Origin: Elusimicrobiales bacterium
GTDB lineage: Bacteria > Elusimicrobiota > Elusimicrobia > Elusimicrobiales > UBA9959
Length of the DNA stretch: 20,442 nt
Direction of reading: 5' to 3'
Assembly (NCBI GenBank): GCA_049972095.1
Contig: JBMFKQ010000012.1
Location: 19,358-39,799 of the forward strand
Below are positions 9,330 through 17,614 of this stretch, in pieces; the stretch's first letter is position 1; each line of letters starts with the position of its first letter. The position numbers and the translations under genes are program-made. The notes beneath the pieces were generated by a model, which worked only from the letters and a program-made list of their open reading frames with translations, did no database searches and was not told where the DNA came from.

Positions 9330-12300
9330 GTGAATAGTTATGGATATATTTTGATATTCTTAGACATAGTGTTGAATATTTCCTTTCTTGGGGCCAGTGG
9401 TTTTGGATTTAATAATGGAAGAAGTTCTTTTATAGACTCTTTTATCTCAACTCCATTAGAAGAGAAGTGGCATGTGCAGCTTCCTGGTAATATAATATCT
9501 TCACCTGTGATATATAAAGATAAGGTTTTTATAACAACAAGGTTTGGATATCTTATTGCCCTTAATTTATATACAGGCGAGTGGTTATGGGACTATTCAA
9601 CATCTGGTTTTAATGATTCTACACCATATGTAAGCTCAAATACGGTTATTCTAACATCTATGGATTCAAAACTTTATGCATTTGATATAGATGTTGATAC
9701 CTCTATAACCTCAAATGCAAGGATAAAATGGATCTTTGATCTAAAGTCTCCATCAGTATCATCACCTCTCGTATATAAAAATAAGGTTTATGCTGGTAGC
9801 TCTTCCCCTGAAAATGCTTTGTATATAATAGACTTTAAAACAGGTAGTTTGATATCTAAAAAACAATTTACAAAGCCAATCTCCTCTGTGATAGGTATGT
9901 GTATGGGTAGGATAATATTTGGTGGCAACGATGGAAGGATCTATTCTATGTCAGAGGATGGGGGTGAGATCACATATTATCAGACACGCGGCGGGTCTTT
10001 TAATATGAAGGCAATAGCGTGTGATAGTTCAAAGTTATACTCATTGCCTGGTTATGATGAAAGAATGCTTTATGTTAACCATGCGACCAACACTGCACTA
10101 ATTAATCAATCAGGGGATCTTACAGGTAACTACGGAACAGAGCAGTGGAACTGGCAGAATACATCTTCGCCAGCAGTTTCAACAGATACAGTTTATTTTA
10201 TAGTTGGTATAGACACAGTAAATCTTGTGGCTTTGGATAAGTCTGATCTTTCAGTTAGATTTTCATCAGGCCCTTTTGGGAATATATCCGACTATAAGGT
10301 TTTATCAACACCATTAGTTGTTGGTGATAAGGTTTTTTTTACAACAACTAATGGAAGGTTCTATGTCTTATCTGCAACTGGCAGTGTATTGCAGGTTTTT
10401 GATCTGAACTCTCCATCATACTCATCAGTTTATATCAAAGATGGCTGGGTTATAGTTTGTGAGTTTGATGGTAGTGTTAGAGGATATAAATCAGCAAGAT
10501 ATCTTTTTTTTAATACACCAGAATATGATGAGATTATAACCTCTAATACATATATCACTATAAACTTTAAAGACAATCCAGACTCTTATATTCTTGATTA
10601 TTCACCGTACTTAGAGGATAATTTTGTTCTGATCTCAAGTGGAGCTATATCCGCAGGTGAGTATAGCTCATATAAACTTTCAGATTTTAATATTGACTCT
10701 ATCCCAAATGGCGATTACAAATTAAGAATAAGACTATTTAATTCAAACAATATGATCTCTTATGCAACTCAGAAAATAAAAATAAATAAACCTCCATCTC
10801 CTCCAAGCTCTCTTGTTGCTATGGATAATCCAAATGACAACTGTAATAAAATAAAACTCTCATTTAACCCGGTTTCTAATGCTATTGGATATAATATATA
10901 CAGAAGCTCATATGGTCTTAACAACTGGATATTACTTGATAAGACTACATCAACAGTTTATATAGACAAAACAGCGATATGTGGATCTACATTTTCATAC
11001 AGAGTTAGTGCTTATGATGAGTGGGTTGAAAGTGAGTATTCTAATATATCCTCAGCATACTCCATAAATGATAACCCTTTAAATGACCTTATACCCCCTG
11101 CTGATGTTAGTGATCTTGTTGTATCCGCGGCTCTATGCCCAGGCTCTGTTTTATATAGATTTAGTCAGGTTGGTGATGATGGTTTTGTTGGCAGGGCAAG
11201 ATATTATGAGATAGGATATTCAACATCCTTGCCTTTTGACTGGAATAATGCTGTAAAAATAAGACGAGATGTTATGGCAATGCCTTATGATATTGAAAAT
11301 GGTCTTATAAATAATCTTTACTACAATACAACATACTATTTTCAGGTTAGGGTTTGTGACTATGCTTGTAATTGTAGCAATTCTAATACAGCCTCTGCTA
11401 ATACAAGCCCTGATAATGTTATGCCACTTCCACCACAGAACTTTAAAGCCTATGATACTGAAGGGGATAGGGGAGGAAGCATAACCCTTATATGGGAAAA
11501 ATCAGAATCTGAGGATTTTGATGATTGTGAGAGATTGATTTATGGCTATAGGATATACAGAACTACAAAAACATTTGACTACACATTGCCTTATGCAGAG
11601 GTTAGTAAATCAGTTTATGGATATGTTGATAAAAATGCAATAACCGGGATTAGATATTATTATAAGGTTTGTGCATATGATTCAACAAATATAGCCTGTT
11701 CCAATCCTTTTGGAGCTATATCAGCTGATAACTTTAAATATGTTAGTATTAAAAATGGAGGGGTTCTTACCACAGATAATGGCTCTTCTATTACTATAAA
11801 AGAAAGATCATTGAATCAGGATGATTATATGATTTTTTATCGCATAAAGAAGGAAGAGATTTTAAATAGATTTTCGCAATATTCATTTAAAAATCAAGCT
11901 CAAAATTCTTTTATACCAACTGATATAATATACAGGTTTGAGACTTCAAATCCATTAACAAAGCTTAACTCTTATGCTACAATAAAGATTGTTTATCTAT
12001 CCACAGAGGTAGCATCGATTGACGAAAACAACTTAAGGATTTATTATTATGATAATGGAAGATGGATTATGCTTAGAAACTCAAAAGTAAATCCTGAAGG
12101 GAACTATGTAGTTAGTGAATATGATAAGTTTGGTTATTACGCTGTTTTTGGCTATATTCCTCAGGGTGAAGTTTTTGATAATGATTGGATATACACATAT
12201 CCAAATCCTGCTAAGGGTGATAAGCTTACTTTTAAGTTTGTTGTAAATTACAACTCTGATATAAAGATAAAGATTTATAATGTTGCTGGTGAGATTATAA

Positions 12301-12455
12301 AAGAGCTTGAGATGAAGAATGCACAAGGCGGGCTTATAAATGAGATGGTTTGGGATATAAGAGATATGGCAAGCGGAGTTTATGTTTATATCTTTGAGGC
12401 AAGTGGTAGTGGTGGGAAGAAGAGTGTTAAGAAGAAGCTTGCCATAATACATTAA
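9330..12455 (+). CDS. Secreted protein: PQQ-like beta-propeller, Ig/Fn3 domains, ZU5-like domain, T9SS type-A/FlgD-like C-terminal sorting domain
   Basis: GTG start after GGGGGA(TAG). Hydrophobic N-terminus. PQQ-like repeats (IISSPVIYKDKVFI..GYLIALN..TGEWLW; SVSSPLVYKNKVY). Three Fn3 domains. C-terminus YTYPNP...IKIYNVAGEIIKEL...WD...MASGVYVY...KKLAIIH is typical of T9SS CTD-like domains. Confidence 0.88.
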   Translation: MNSYGYILIFLDIVLNISFLGASGFGFNNGRSSFIDSFISTPLEEKWHVQLPGNIISSPVIYKDKVFITTRFGYLIALNLYTGEWLWDYSTSGFNDSTPYVSSNTVILTSMDSKLYAFDIDVDTSITSNARIKWIFDLKSPSVSSPLVYKNKVYAGSSSPENALYIIDFKTGSLISKKQFTKPISSVIGMCMGRIIFGGNDGRIYSMSEDGGEITYYQTRGGSFNMKAIACDSSKLYSLPGYDERMLYVNHATNTALINQSGDLTGNYGTEQWNWQNTSSPAVSTDTVYFIVGIDTVNLVALDKSDLSVRFSSGPFGNISDYKVLSTPLVVGDKVFFTTTNGRFYVLSATGSVLQVFDLNSPSYSSVYIKDGWVIVCEFDGSVRGYKSARYLFFNTPEYDEIITSNTYITINFKDNPDSYILDYSPYLEDNFVLISSGAISAGEYSSYKLSDFNIDSIPNGDYKLRIRLFNSNNMISYATQKIKINKPPSPPSSLVAMDNPNDNCNKIKLSFNPVSNAIGYNIYRSSYGLNNWILLDKTTSTVYIDKTAICGSTFSYRVSAYDEWVESEYSNISSAYSINDNPLNDLIPPADVSDLVVSAALCPGSVLYRFSQVGDDGFVGRARYYEIGYSTSLPFDWNNAVKIRRDVMAMPYDIENGLINNLYYNTTYYFQVRVCDYACNCSNSNTASANTSPDNVMPLPPQNFKAYDTEGDRGGSITLIWEKSESEDFDDCERLIYGYRIYRTTKTFDYTLPYAEVSKSVYGYVDKNAITGIRYYYKVCAYDSTNIACSNPFGAISADNFKYVSIKNGGVLTTDNGSSITIKERSLNQDDYMIFYRIKKEEILNRFSQYSFKNQAQNSFIPTDIIYRFETSNPLTKLNSYATIKIVYLSTEVASIDENNLRIYYYDNGRWIMLRNSKVNPEGNYVVSEYDKFGYYAVFGYIPQGEVFDNDWIYTYPNPAKGDKLTFKFVVNYNSDIKIKIYNVAGEIIKELEMKNAQGGLINEMVWDIRDMASGVYVYIFEASGSGGKKSVKKKLAIIH

Positions 12456-12465
12456 TGGAGATGAT

Positions 12466-13452
12466 GTGATAAGGCATTTTAAAAGAGGTAAGTTTTTAAT
12501 GGAGTTTATGCTGATATTGTTTCTTATCCTTTCAACTTCTTTTAATATAGCCTCTGCGAAGATTCATCCTGATGCTGGAAAAACATCAGCTGCTTTTCTT
12601 AAAATTCCTCTTGGAACAAGAGCATCCTCTATGGGTGGTGGGTATGGAGCGGTGATAGGTGATACATTCTGTTTATTTTATAACCCTGCGGGTATGGCAG
12701 CTATTGAGAAGAAAACCCTTGCTTTTATGCATAACATACATTTTGAGGATATAAAACAATATGTATTTGTTTATGGTTTTCAACCAGATTTAAGATATGA
12801 TAACAAAGATTTCATATCATTTTCGTTTAATTATCTAACATATGGATACTTTGAGAGAAGAAGTGGGCTTTATGAGGCAGAACCGTCTAACCCAAGTCCT
12901 GTTGAGGGAGGTTTTAAGGCAAAGGATTTAGCTTTTACAGTTAACTACTCATCTATCTTTTCAACATCAGTTATTTTAGGTGGAAATATAAAGTATATAA
13001 ACCAATCAATAGATGATGAATCAGCTTCTTCTTTCGCTTTTGATATAGGCGGGATTAAAAAGATAAAGATAAACAACAGTGATTTTAATATTGGTTTTTC
13101 AGTTTTAAATGCTGGCTTGAAGATTAAAATGGCATCAAAGTCATATCCTCTTCCCCTTGCCTTCAAGCTTGGTTTTTCAAAGGAGTATAAAAGATCACTT
13201 TTTACATTTGATATACTCAAATATATAGATAACTACCCATTTTTAATAGTTGGCTTTGAAAACAGAATAACAAAAGAGCTTTATTTAAGGGCAGGTTATA
13301 GATACAGAATATATGGCAATGAGCTTGGTTTCTGGTCAGGTTTTTCATCTGGTTTTGGCTTTAACTACCATGACATATCCTTTGGTTATTCAATTACTTC
13401 TTATGGCGATTTAGGATATTCTCATAAGATAGATATTAAGATTTGGTATTAA
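12466..13452 (+). CDS. PorV/PorQ-family (UPF0164, FadL-like) outer-membrane beta-barrel protein
   Basis: Signal peptide. Family signature FLKIPLGTRASSMGGGYGA...LFYNPAGMA. Amphipathic strands (ILGGNIKYI, FAFDIG, LYLRAGY). C-terminal beta-signal HKIDIKIWY. Alternative ATG at 12499 with AGAGGT upstream. Confidence 0.85.
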   Translation: MIRHFKRGKFLMEFMLILFLILSTSFNIASAKIHPDAGKTSAAFLKIPLGTRASSMGGGYGAVIGDTFCLFYNPAGMAAIEKKTLAFMHNIHFEDIKQYVFVYGFQPDLRYDNKDFISFSFNYLTYGYFERRSGLYEAEPSNPSPVEGGFKAKDLAFTVNYSSIFSTSVILGGNIKYINQSIDDESASSFAFDIGGIKKIKINNSDFNIGFSVLNAGLKIKMASKSYPLPLAFKLGFSKEYKRSLFTFDILKYIDNYPFLIVGFENRITKELYLRAGYRYRIYGNELGFWSGFSSGFGFNYHDISFGYSITSYGDLGYSHKIDIKIWY

Positions 13453-13499
13453 AAAGTGTTTAGATTTTTAGCTATTGATAAAAGTGTGTGTTTTTTGGA

Positions 13500-13515
13500 A
13501 AATTTTATAAAATTT
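13500..13515 (+). promoter_or_regulatory. Putative -10 (TAAAAT 13508-13513) for glmU inside a 16-bp AT palindrome AAATTTTATAAAATTT
   Basis: Hexamer ends 6 nt before ATG13520. No SD in the intergenic region. Confidence 0.45.
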
Positions 13516-13519
13516 ATTT

Positions 13520-14902
13520 ATGAAATCTGATAAGGCTGCCTTAATACTTGCCGCAGGGCTTGGCACAAGGATGAAATCAGATATACCAAAGGTTTTACAT
13601 CTTTTTGATGGTATACCTCTTGTCTTTCATATAATAAGAAAGATTATAAATCTTGGTATAAAGGATGTAATAGTTGTTGTTGGATATAAAGGTGAAATGG
13701 TAAAGGATTATATAGAGAAGGAGTTTTCAAACTCACAGCTGGATCTTTCATTTGTTCATCAAAGATTACTGAAAGGAAGTGGAAGGGCTGTTTATGATGC
13801 ATCACAGGAGATTAAAAAATTTAACTCTGTTCTTGTAATTTCAGGTGATGTGCCTCTTGTAGAGGAAAAGACCTTAAAATCAATGATTAGAATATTTGAA
13901 ACAGGAAATTTTGATGCTGTTGTTTTAAGCTGTGAGGTTAAGGAGCCAAAAAACTATGGTAGAATTATAAGAAACTTTGATGGAAGGGTTATTTCAATAA
14001 CAGAGGCGGATGAGCTTAGTGATAGTCAAAAAGATATAAATGAGATCAACGCAGGGATTTATATTTTTAAAACAGCCTCACTTTTAGATGCAGTTTCAAG
14101 GCTTAGACCAAAGGGTAAAAAGAAGGAGTATTATCTTACAGATGCTATTGAGAATATATATAAAAGCGGTGGGAAGGTTGATGCTTTTAAGATTAATGAT
14201 GAGATTGAGGTATCAGGAGCTAATTCAAAGTCTGAGCTTATTGAGTTAGAGAAAAGGTATTATCTTAGAAATGCAAGAAAGCTTGCAGACAGTGGTGTAA
14301 TTATAAAGGATTTTAGCTCAGTTTATATCTCCGCTGGTGTCAGGATACAAAAAGACACAGTTATATACAACAATGTTCATATAAAAGGCAGCTCAAAATT
14401 AGGTAAGAATGTTATTATAGGCCCTTATGTTATCATTGAGGATAGTATAATAGAGGATGACTGCGTTATAAAACCATTTTGTTATATCTCTAAAAGCAGG
14501 ATAAGAAGCTCAAGTTCAGTTGGTCCATATTCACATATAAGACCTGAAAGTGATATTGGACCTTTTGCTAAGATAGGAAACTTCTCAGAGATAAAAAAAT
14601 CAAGAATAGGAGAGGGTTCAAAGGTTCCGCATCTTAGCTACATTGGGGATACTGATATGGGTAAAAGGGTTAATATAGGTGCTGGGACTATAACCTGTAA
14701 CTATGATGGGGTAAAAAAACACAAGACTATTATAAAAGATAGGGCGTTTATAGGCTCTAATACAAACCTTGTTGCGCCTGTTGTGATAGGTAGTGATGTT
14801 CTTATAGGAGCTGGCTCAACAATAACAGAGGATGTAGCTGATGGTAAGCTTGCAATAGCCAGGGCAAGACAGGTGATTAAGGAAAGAAAAAGGATAGAAT
14901 GA
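13520..14902 (+). CDS. glmU: Bifunctional UDP-N-acetylglucosamine pyrophosphorylase / glucosamine-1-phosphate N-acetyltransferase
   Basis: LAAGLGTRMKS, GDVP, EINAGIY, EYYLTD, hexapeptide repeats, HLSYIGD, TCNYDG. 460 aa. Upstream of prs. Confidence 0.98.
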   Translation: MKSDKAALILAAGLGTRMKSDIPKVLHLFDGIPLVFHIIRKIINLGIKDVIVVVGYKGEMVKDYIEKEFSNSQLDLSFVHQRLLKGSGRAVYDASQEIKKFNSVLVISGDVPLVEEKTLKSMIRIFETGNFDAVVLSCEVKEPKNYGRIIRNFDGRVISITEADELSDSQKDINEINAGIYIFKTASLLDAVSRLRPKGKKKEYYLTDAIENIYKSGGKVDAFKINDEIEVSGANSKSELIELEKRYYLRNARKLADSGVIIKDFSSVYISAGVRIQKDTVIYNNVHIKGSSKLGKNVIIGPYVIIEDSIIEDDCVIKPFCYISKSRIRSSSSVGPYSHIRPESDIGPFAKIGNFSEIKKSRIGEGSKVPHLSYIGDTDMGKRVNIGAGTITCNYDGVKKHKTIIKDRAFIGSNTNLVAPVVIGSDVLIGAGSTITEDVADGKLAIARARQVIKERKRIE

Positions 14903-14903
14903 G

Positions 14904-15860
14904 GTGTTTATGAGAAGATATTGGGAGGATAGAGAGTTAAAGATATTTTGTGGCAATTCAAATCCTACTCTTGCAGCAAAGATTGCTAATGCTATGGGAG
15001 TACCTCTTGGTAAAATAAGAGTTGGGAGATTTGCTGATGGTGAGATTGATGTTCATATACTTGAAAATGTAAGAGGGAGCGATTGTTATATTGTTCAGTC
15101 AACATCTTGTCCTGTCAATGAAAATTTAGTTGAGCTTCTTGTGATGATTGATGCTTTTAAAAGGGCAAGTGCAGGAAGGATAATTGCAGTCATTCCCTAT
15201 TTTGGCTATGCAAGGGCTGATAGAAAGGCTGAGCCAAGGGTTCCAATAAGTGCAAAGCTTGTTGCAAATCTTCTTACAGTTGCAGGGGCTGATAGAATTA
15301 TAACAGTAGATCTCCATGCACCACAAATACAGGGTTTTTTTGATATACCTGTTGATAACCTTTATGCAAGACCGGTTTTTCTTGAATATATAAAGGCTAT
15401 GGATCTTTCAAACACAGTTGTTGTTTCACCTGATGTTGGAAGTGTTGATAGATCTAAGTCGTTTGCAAAAAGACTGGATCTAAACCTTGTAATAGTTGAT
15501 AAGAGAAGACCTCGGGCAAATATGGCTGAGGTTTACAATATAATAGGTGATGTTAAGGATAAAAACTGCCTTATCTTTGATGATATGATAGATACAGCAG
15601 GAACCATAACATCAGTTGCAAAGGCAATAAAGGAGGCTGGTGCCTTAAAGATTATTGCATTTGCAACCCATGGGGTTCTTTCGAAAGATGCTTTTAAAAG
15701 AATAGATGACTCACCAATAGAAGAGGTTGTTCTTACAGATACAATACTTGTTGATGAGAATAAAAGCAGTAAAATAAAGGTTATCACTGTATCAAGACTG
15801 CTTGCAGAAGCTATAAGAAGAAACCACTTAAAACAATCTGTTAGCGAACTTTTTGATTGA
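14904..15860 (+). CDS. prs: Ribose-phosphate pyrophosphokinase (PRPP synthetase)
   Basis: FADGEI, PYFGYARADRK, VDLHAPQIQGFF, VVSPDVG, DDMIDTAGT, THGVLS. Start may be ATG at 14910. Confidence 0.98.
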   Translation: MFMRRYWEDRELKIFCGNSNPTLAAKIANAMGVPLGKIRVGRFADGEIDVHILENVRGSDCYIVQSTSCPVNENLVELLVMIDAFKRASAGRIIAVIPYFGYARADRKAEPRVPISAKLVANLLTVAGADRIITVDLHAPQIQGFFDIPVDNLYARPVFLEYIKAMDLSNTVVVSPDVGSVDRSKSFAKRLDLNLVIVDKRRPRANMAEVYNIIGDVKDKNCLIFDDMIDTAGTITSVAKAIKEAGALKIIAFATHGVLSKDAFKRIDDSPIEEVVLTDTILVDENKSSKIKVITVSRLLAEAIRRNHLKQSVSELFD

Positions 15861-15866
15861 TAGATT

Positions 15867-15875
15867 TGCTAAAAT
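15867..15875 (+). promoter_or_regulatory. Putative extended -10 (TGcTAAAAT) upstream of rplY
   Basis: TGCTAAAAT in the prs-rplY spacer. The same 9-mer forms both arms of the palindrome at 18036-18058. SD GGAGGA lies at 15915-15920. Confidence 0.45.
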
Positions 15876-15925
15876 ATAAGACAGGTAAAAAGAATATACT
15901 ATTTTATTAAGAATGGAGGATCTTT

Positions 15926-16591
15926 ATGAATAGATATCTTCTTAATGCTGTTTTAAGGAATAATCCCGGAATGAGGGGAGGTTTGAGGAATCTTAGAAAA
16001 AATGGCATGATACCTGCCGTTGTTTATGGTGGTAAAGATAAGCCTGTTAATGTAGCTGTTAATATAAAAGAGTTTTTGAGGGTTATTAAAGAGGCAGGAA
16101 ATTCTGTTATAACTCTGAGATATGAAAATTATGAGGATTCTGTTATAATTAAGGAGATACAAAGGGATGTTGTTACAGATCAGATAATACACATTGATTT
16201 TAACAGAGTTACTCTTGATAAGAAGATAGATGTCAAGGTTCCTATCAAATTTGTAGGTAAGCCATATGGTGTTAAAACACAAGGGGGTATTGTTGAATAT
16301 AATATGAGAGAGTTGAGCGTTAGGTGTTTAGCACAAGATATACCAAATGAGATAGCCGTAGATATATCACATCTAAAAATAGGAGATTCAATAAGAATAA
16401 AGGATATTAAGGTTGAGAAATTTGAAATAAGGGAAAATCCAGAGAATATTGTTATAAGCGTTATATCAGCAAAAGAAGAAGAGCTTGCTACTACTCAAGC
16501 TCCTCAGCCTAAAGAGCCTCAAGCCCCACAGCCAGAGGTTATAGAAAAAGGTAAGAAGGATGAGAAAAGCAAGGAAGAAAACAAGCCTTAA
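15926..16591 (+). CDS. rplY: 50S ribosomal protein L25 / general stress protein Ctc (long form)
   Basis: LRKNGMIPAVVYG, IKEIQRDVV..IIHIDF, VPIKFVG..GVK.GG, IPNEI.VDIS.L.IGDSI, tail EVIEKGKK. Position between prs and pth. Strong SD. Confidence 0.96.
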   Translation: MNRYLLNAVLRNNPGMRGGLRNLRKNGMIPAVVYGGKDKPVNVAVNIKEFLRVIKEAGNSVITLRYENYEDSVIIKEIQRDVVTDQIIHIDFNRVTLDKKIDVKVPIKFVGKPYGVKTQGGIVEYNMRELSVRCLAQDIPNEIAVDISHLKIGDSIRIKDIKVEKFEIRENPENIVISVISAKEEELATTQAPQPKEPQAPQPEVIEKGKKDEKSKEENKP

Positions 16592-16600
16592 AGAAGATAG

Positions 16601-16606
16601 TATAGT
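16601..16606 (+). promoter_or_regulatory. Putative -10 (TATAGT) for pth
   Basis: Ends 6 nt before ATG16613. No SD. Confidence 0.4.
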
Positions 16607-16612
16607 TTTTTA

Positions 16613-17185
16613 ATGGACGCTTTTATATTCCTGTGCGGTCTTGGAAATCCAGGGAGTGATTACCTTTTTACGCGCCACAATACTGGGTATCTTTGTGTTG
16701 ATTATATTCATAAAAAATTCAATTTTGATAAATGGCTTGATTTTGACTCAAAGGTTGACTACTCAAAAGGGTTTATAAATTCACAAAGGGTAGTGCTTTT
16801 GAAACCTAAGGAATATATAAACAACTCCGGGAGATCGCTTAGCCATTTTTCAAATTATTTTAAGATAAACAGCAAAGATATTGTTGTGATATATGACGAT
16901 GTTGATATACCTGTTGGATGGGTAAGGGTTAGAAAGAAGGGATCAGCCGGTAATCATAATGGGATGAGGGATATAATAAACTCCTTTGGAACTTTGAATA
17001 TATCAAGAATCCGTATAGGTATAGGTCCTAAGCCTGCTGGCATAAGTCTAAAAGATTATGTTCTTGGTCGCATTACTGATGATGAGATGAAGAGACTTTT
17101 AGAATCTTTTGAAAAAATCTCTGGTTTTCTTGCTGATATGATCTCCAAGGGTATTGATTATGTAATAAGCCGATATTCTGTTTGA
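16613..17185 (+). CDS. pth: Peptidyl-tRNA hydrolase
   Basis: GLGNPG..Y..TRHN.G, KP..Y.N.SG, YDDVD, SAGNHNG, RIRIGIG, YVLG. Confidence 0.97.
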   Translation: MDAFIFLCGLGNPGSDYLFTRHNTGYLCVDYIHKKFNFDKWLDFDSKVDYSKGFINSQRVVLLKPKEYINNSGRSLSHFSNYFKINSKDIVVIYDDVDIPVGWVRVRKKGSAGNHNGMRDIINSFGTLNISRIRIGIGPKPAGISLKDYVLGRITDDEMKRLLESFEKISGFLADMISKGIDYVISRYSV

Positions 17186-17187
17186 TG

Positions 17188-17598
17188 TTATTTTTTTGTA
17201 TCAAGTTTTATTCTAACAGACATATTTATTAGATATAACTCATATGGTTTTGAGTATATATCCCCTGATTTTATATCATTTATATCTCCGTCGTAGGTAA
17301 GAAATGCTTTTATCTTGCACCTTGGTGTTACTATATGGGGATAGAGTATATTTTTTCTTGTTATTTTAAACTCAAGGGGGAAAACAGGATTTATAACCTC
17401 TTTTACCGCAAAGATTATGCCATAGCTGTTGTGTAGTGTTATGTAGAGCATGGCATTTGGTCTGATTTCAGATTTAAACTCATCTTTTATATCAACATTT
17501 CCATGAATGTATGTGATGAAGGGATATATCTCATATCTGAAAAGATATGTAAGAAAAACAAATAATGCTATTGTAAAAATAACAGAAAATAATTTCAT
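17188..17598 (-). CDS. Membrane-anchored protein resembling the C-terminal Ig-like domain of cytochrome c biogenesis protein CcmI/CycH
   Basis: N-terminal hydrophobic anchor, then IHGNVDI...AMLYITL...FAVKEV..PVFPLEFKIT...IKAFLT.DG....SGDI...VRIKLD, which matches from memory the CycH C-terminal pattern. No TPR part. Confidence 0.55.
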   Translation of the reverse strand: MKLFSVIFTIALFVFLTYLFRYEIYPFITYIHGNVDIKDEFKSEIRPNAMLYITLHNSYGIIFAVKEVINPVFPLEFKITRKNILYPHIVTPRCKIKAFLTYDGDINDIKSGDIYSKPYELYLINMSVRIKLDTKK

Positions 17599-17614
17599 AG
17601 ATTTAGATTAGATT

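Noticed and set aside
9316..9332. GGGGG run at the gene 1/gene 2 junction as a frameshift or readthrough site fusing the giant protein to the CTD protein
   Set aside because: The run starts at the last base of the stop codon, gene 2's frame has a TAG immediately before its GTG, and gene 2 has its own signal peptide. The run is better explained as an SD.
14880..14910. tRNA-Gln often found upstream of prs
   Set aside because: glmU and prs are separated by 1 nt. No tRNA-like sequence was seen anywhere in the window.
12081..16282. Minus-strand ORFs overlapping gene 2, the PorV-like gene, prs and rplY
   Set aside because: Antisense to well-supported genes, with no protein-like features.
16496..16534. 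QAPQP-KEP-QAPQP mini-duplication in the L25 tail
   Set aside because: Low-complexity variable tails are normal for Ctc-type L25.
148..17185. Alternative genetic code (TGA or TAG recoding)
   Set aside because: Conserved genes end at the expected lengths with TGA/TAA, and the long ORFs have no internal stops under code 11.
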